From assembly GCA_950097015.1 (NCBI GenBank), contig CATNEN010000034.1, forward strand, positions 6,448,001-6,512,000: a DNA stretch of 64,000 nucleotides, given 5' to 3'. The notes beneath the pieces are model-generated. The model made no database searches. It was not told the origin of the DNA and was given only the letters and a program-made list of their open reading frames with translations. Below are positions 62,030 through 64,000 of the stretch, piece after piece (positions within the stretch are counted from its first letter, which is position 1; every line of letters begins with the position of its first letter). The position numbers and the translations under genes were made by a program. Source of the DNA: Macrostomum hystrix (Eukaryota > Animalia > Platyhelminthes).

Positions 62030-63110
62030 TAGGCTACGAGTACAACCCGCTAGGCTACAACCCGCTAGGCTACAACCTGCAAGGCTACAACCCACTAGGC
62101 TACAACCCACTAGGCTGCAACCCACTAGGCTACAACCCGCTAGGCTACAACCCACTAGGCTGCAACCCACTAGGCTACAACCCACTAGGCTACAACCCAC
62201 TAAGCTACAACCCACTAGGCTGCAACCCACTAGGCTACAACCCACTAGGCTACAACCCACTAGGCTACAACCCACTAGGCTGCAACCCACTAGGCTACAA
62301 CCCACTAGGCTTCAACCCACTAGGCTTCAACAAACTAGGCTACAACCCACTAATCTACAACCCACTAGGCTACAACCCACTAGGCTACAACCCACTAGGC
62401 TACAACCCACTAGGCTACAACCCACTAGGCTACAACCCACTAGGCTGCAACCCACTAGGCTACAACCCACTAGGCTTCAACCCACTAGGCTTCAACAAAC
62501 TAGGCTACAACCCACTAATCTACAACCCACTAGGCTGCAACCCACTAGGCTGCAACCCACTAGGCTACAACCCGCTAGGCTACAACCCACTAGGCTGCAA
62601 CCCACTAGGCTACAACCCACTAGGCTACAACCCACTAAGCTACAACCCACTAGGCTGCAACCCACTAGGCTACAACCCACTAGGCTACAACCCACTAGGC
62701 TACAACCCACTAGGCTGCAACCCACTAGGCTACAACCCACTAGGCTTCAACCCACTAGGCTTCAACAAACTAGGCTACAACCCACTAATCTACAACCCAC
62801 TAGGCTACAACCCACTAGGCTACAACCCACTAGGCTACAACCCACTAGGCTACAACCCACTAGGCTACAACCCACTAGGCTGCAACCCACTAGGCTACAA
62901 CCCACTAGGCTTCAACCCACTAGGCTTCAACAAACTAGGCTACAACCCACTAATCTACAACCCACTAGGCTGCAACCCACTAGGCTGCAACCCACTAGGC
63001 TACAACCCACTAGGCTACAACCCACTAGGCTGCAACCCACTAGGCTACAACCCACTAGGCTTCAACCCACTAGGCTTCAACAAACTAGGCTACAACCCAC
63101 TAGGCCACTA
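62030..63110. repeat. 15-bp minisatellite GGCTACAACCCACTA, about 72 copies, with higher-order structure
   Basis: Directly visible. Variant TTCAACAAAC at 62326, 62491, 62761, 62926 and 63076. Confidence 0.96.
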
Positions 63111-63312
63111 GAATAAAAACATTGCAGTCGATAATTCTGTACACTGCGCGCATAAATTGATAGTCTTCTGTTAACAGTTTGGCAATTTGTAACACTGGCG
63201 CAGAGCGGAAATGCCGCAATAAACCAGAAGTGTAAGCAGATCTGAGTGATATGGCATTGGGCAGCACAGTTTAAAGTAGAATTGCAGAGCCTTGAAGACT
63301 AAGCTGCATACA

Positions 63313-63677
63313 GGGGGTCGCTGGCAGAATGGTTATCGCGTTTTCCTCTCGCACCAAGGTCCCGAAGTTCGATTCCACGGCGAGGCCACATTTATTTAGG
63401 GCGCAGCCGCGGAGAGAAGGCTTGAGAGCTTGTCGTGCAATTTACGCCCTTGTGGGCCAACCTCCAAGGCACAGTGAAATGTACACTGCCTGACGATGAG
63501 AAAGTCAGGGCAGATGTACACACCTGTGTGAGCGTGTGCCTGCGTACAGTGTCTGTGTGCGTGTGTGCCCAGGAGTGAGCGAAATGGGCAGAATTGCCTC
63601 CTCGCTGGCTGCGGGTCTAGTGTCACTAAATGATGTGCCACTGCCCCCAGCCCTCCTACAATTATTATTATTATTAT
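63313..63677 (+). mobile_element. tRNA-derived SINE, family A, full-length copy
   Basis: Box A/B head and (TTA)n tail. 13-bp TSD TAAGCTGCATACA at 63300-63312 and 63678-63690. Confidence 0.92.
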
Positions 63678-63720
63678 TAAGCTGCATACATGTCAAACTT
63701 GTGACAACACAAGCCGAGTG

Positions 63721-63943
63721 ATGCAGCAGCAGCAGGACCAGCCTGAGGTGGAGGACCTGTCCGTATACAAGGCTCTATACGACCAGTTCCAAAGGGAGGT
63801 CTCCCAGGACAGGGTCGGCGACGTTCTGTCGCTGGGGGTGGAGCTTGACCCGGACGACGAGGCGTTGCTGGCCGGCATCCGCCGGCTGCCAGTTGGCAAT
63901 TTTGGCGACCAGGGCTTTGTACTGCGAGGCGTCCTCAGTGAAG
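63721..63943 (+). CDS. First coding exon of an unidentified gene that continues beyond the window
   Basis: GC-rich ORF MQQQQDQPEVEDLSVYKALYDQFQREVSQDRVGDVLSLGVELDPDD... ending at a consensus donor AAG|GTAAGT (63944). Confidence 0.6.
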
Positions 63944-64000
63944 GTAAGTTGCCCTTTTGGCGTATTAAGGAGCCGAGATAATCATTACGAGGCTTATTGA

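Overview
Intron-rich animal DNA, not prokaryotic. GC-rich exons with poly-Gln/Ala, minisatellites in most introns, mariners and tRNA-derived SINEs suggest a free-living flatworm such as Macrostomum; that assignment is an unverified inference. I assembled five spliced genes by hand using GT-AG sites and exon phase. (1) A 17-exon RIM/UNC-10 active-zone gene (minus, 22345-3261) with two +1 frameshifts near its 3' end. (2) A 12-exon, 943-aa ionotropic receptor with IR25a-like signatures (minus, 36283-27886). (3) Phosphatidylserine synthase 2 (minus, 54410-44808, 467 aa). (4, 5) A tightly spaced plus-strand pair of rRNA-processing genes, UTP23 and C1D. The first exon of an unknown gene follows them, and a possible small two-TM ORF lies at the left edge. 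Mobile DNA comprises one intact and one decayed mariner, an internally deleted LOA-like non-LTR element (ORF1 plus RNase H, no endonuclease or RT) with a TSD, two SINE groups, a hAT-like MITE nested in a SINE, and a Merlin/IS1595-type transposase remnant. Most long ORFs in the supplied track are translations of tandem repeats. The best leads are the divergent IR25a-like receptor with an RFX X-box, the candidate trans-spliced UTP23-C1D operon, the RT-less retroelement, and intronic arrays that amplify 5' splice sites.
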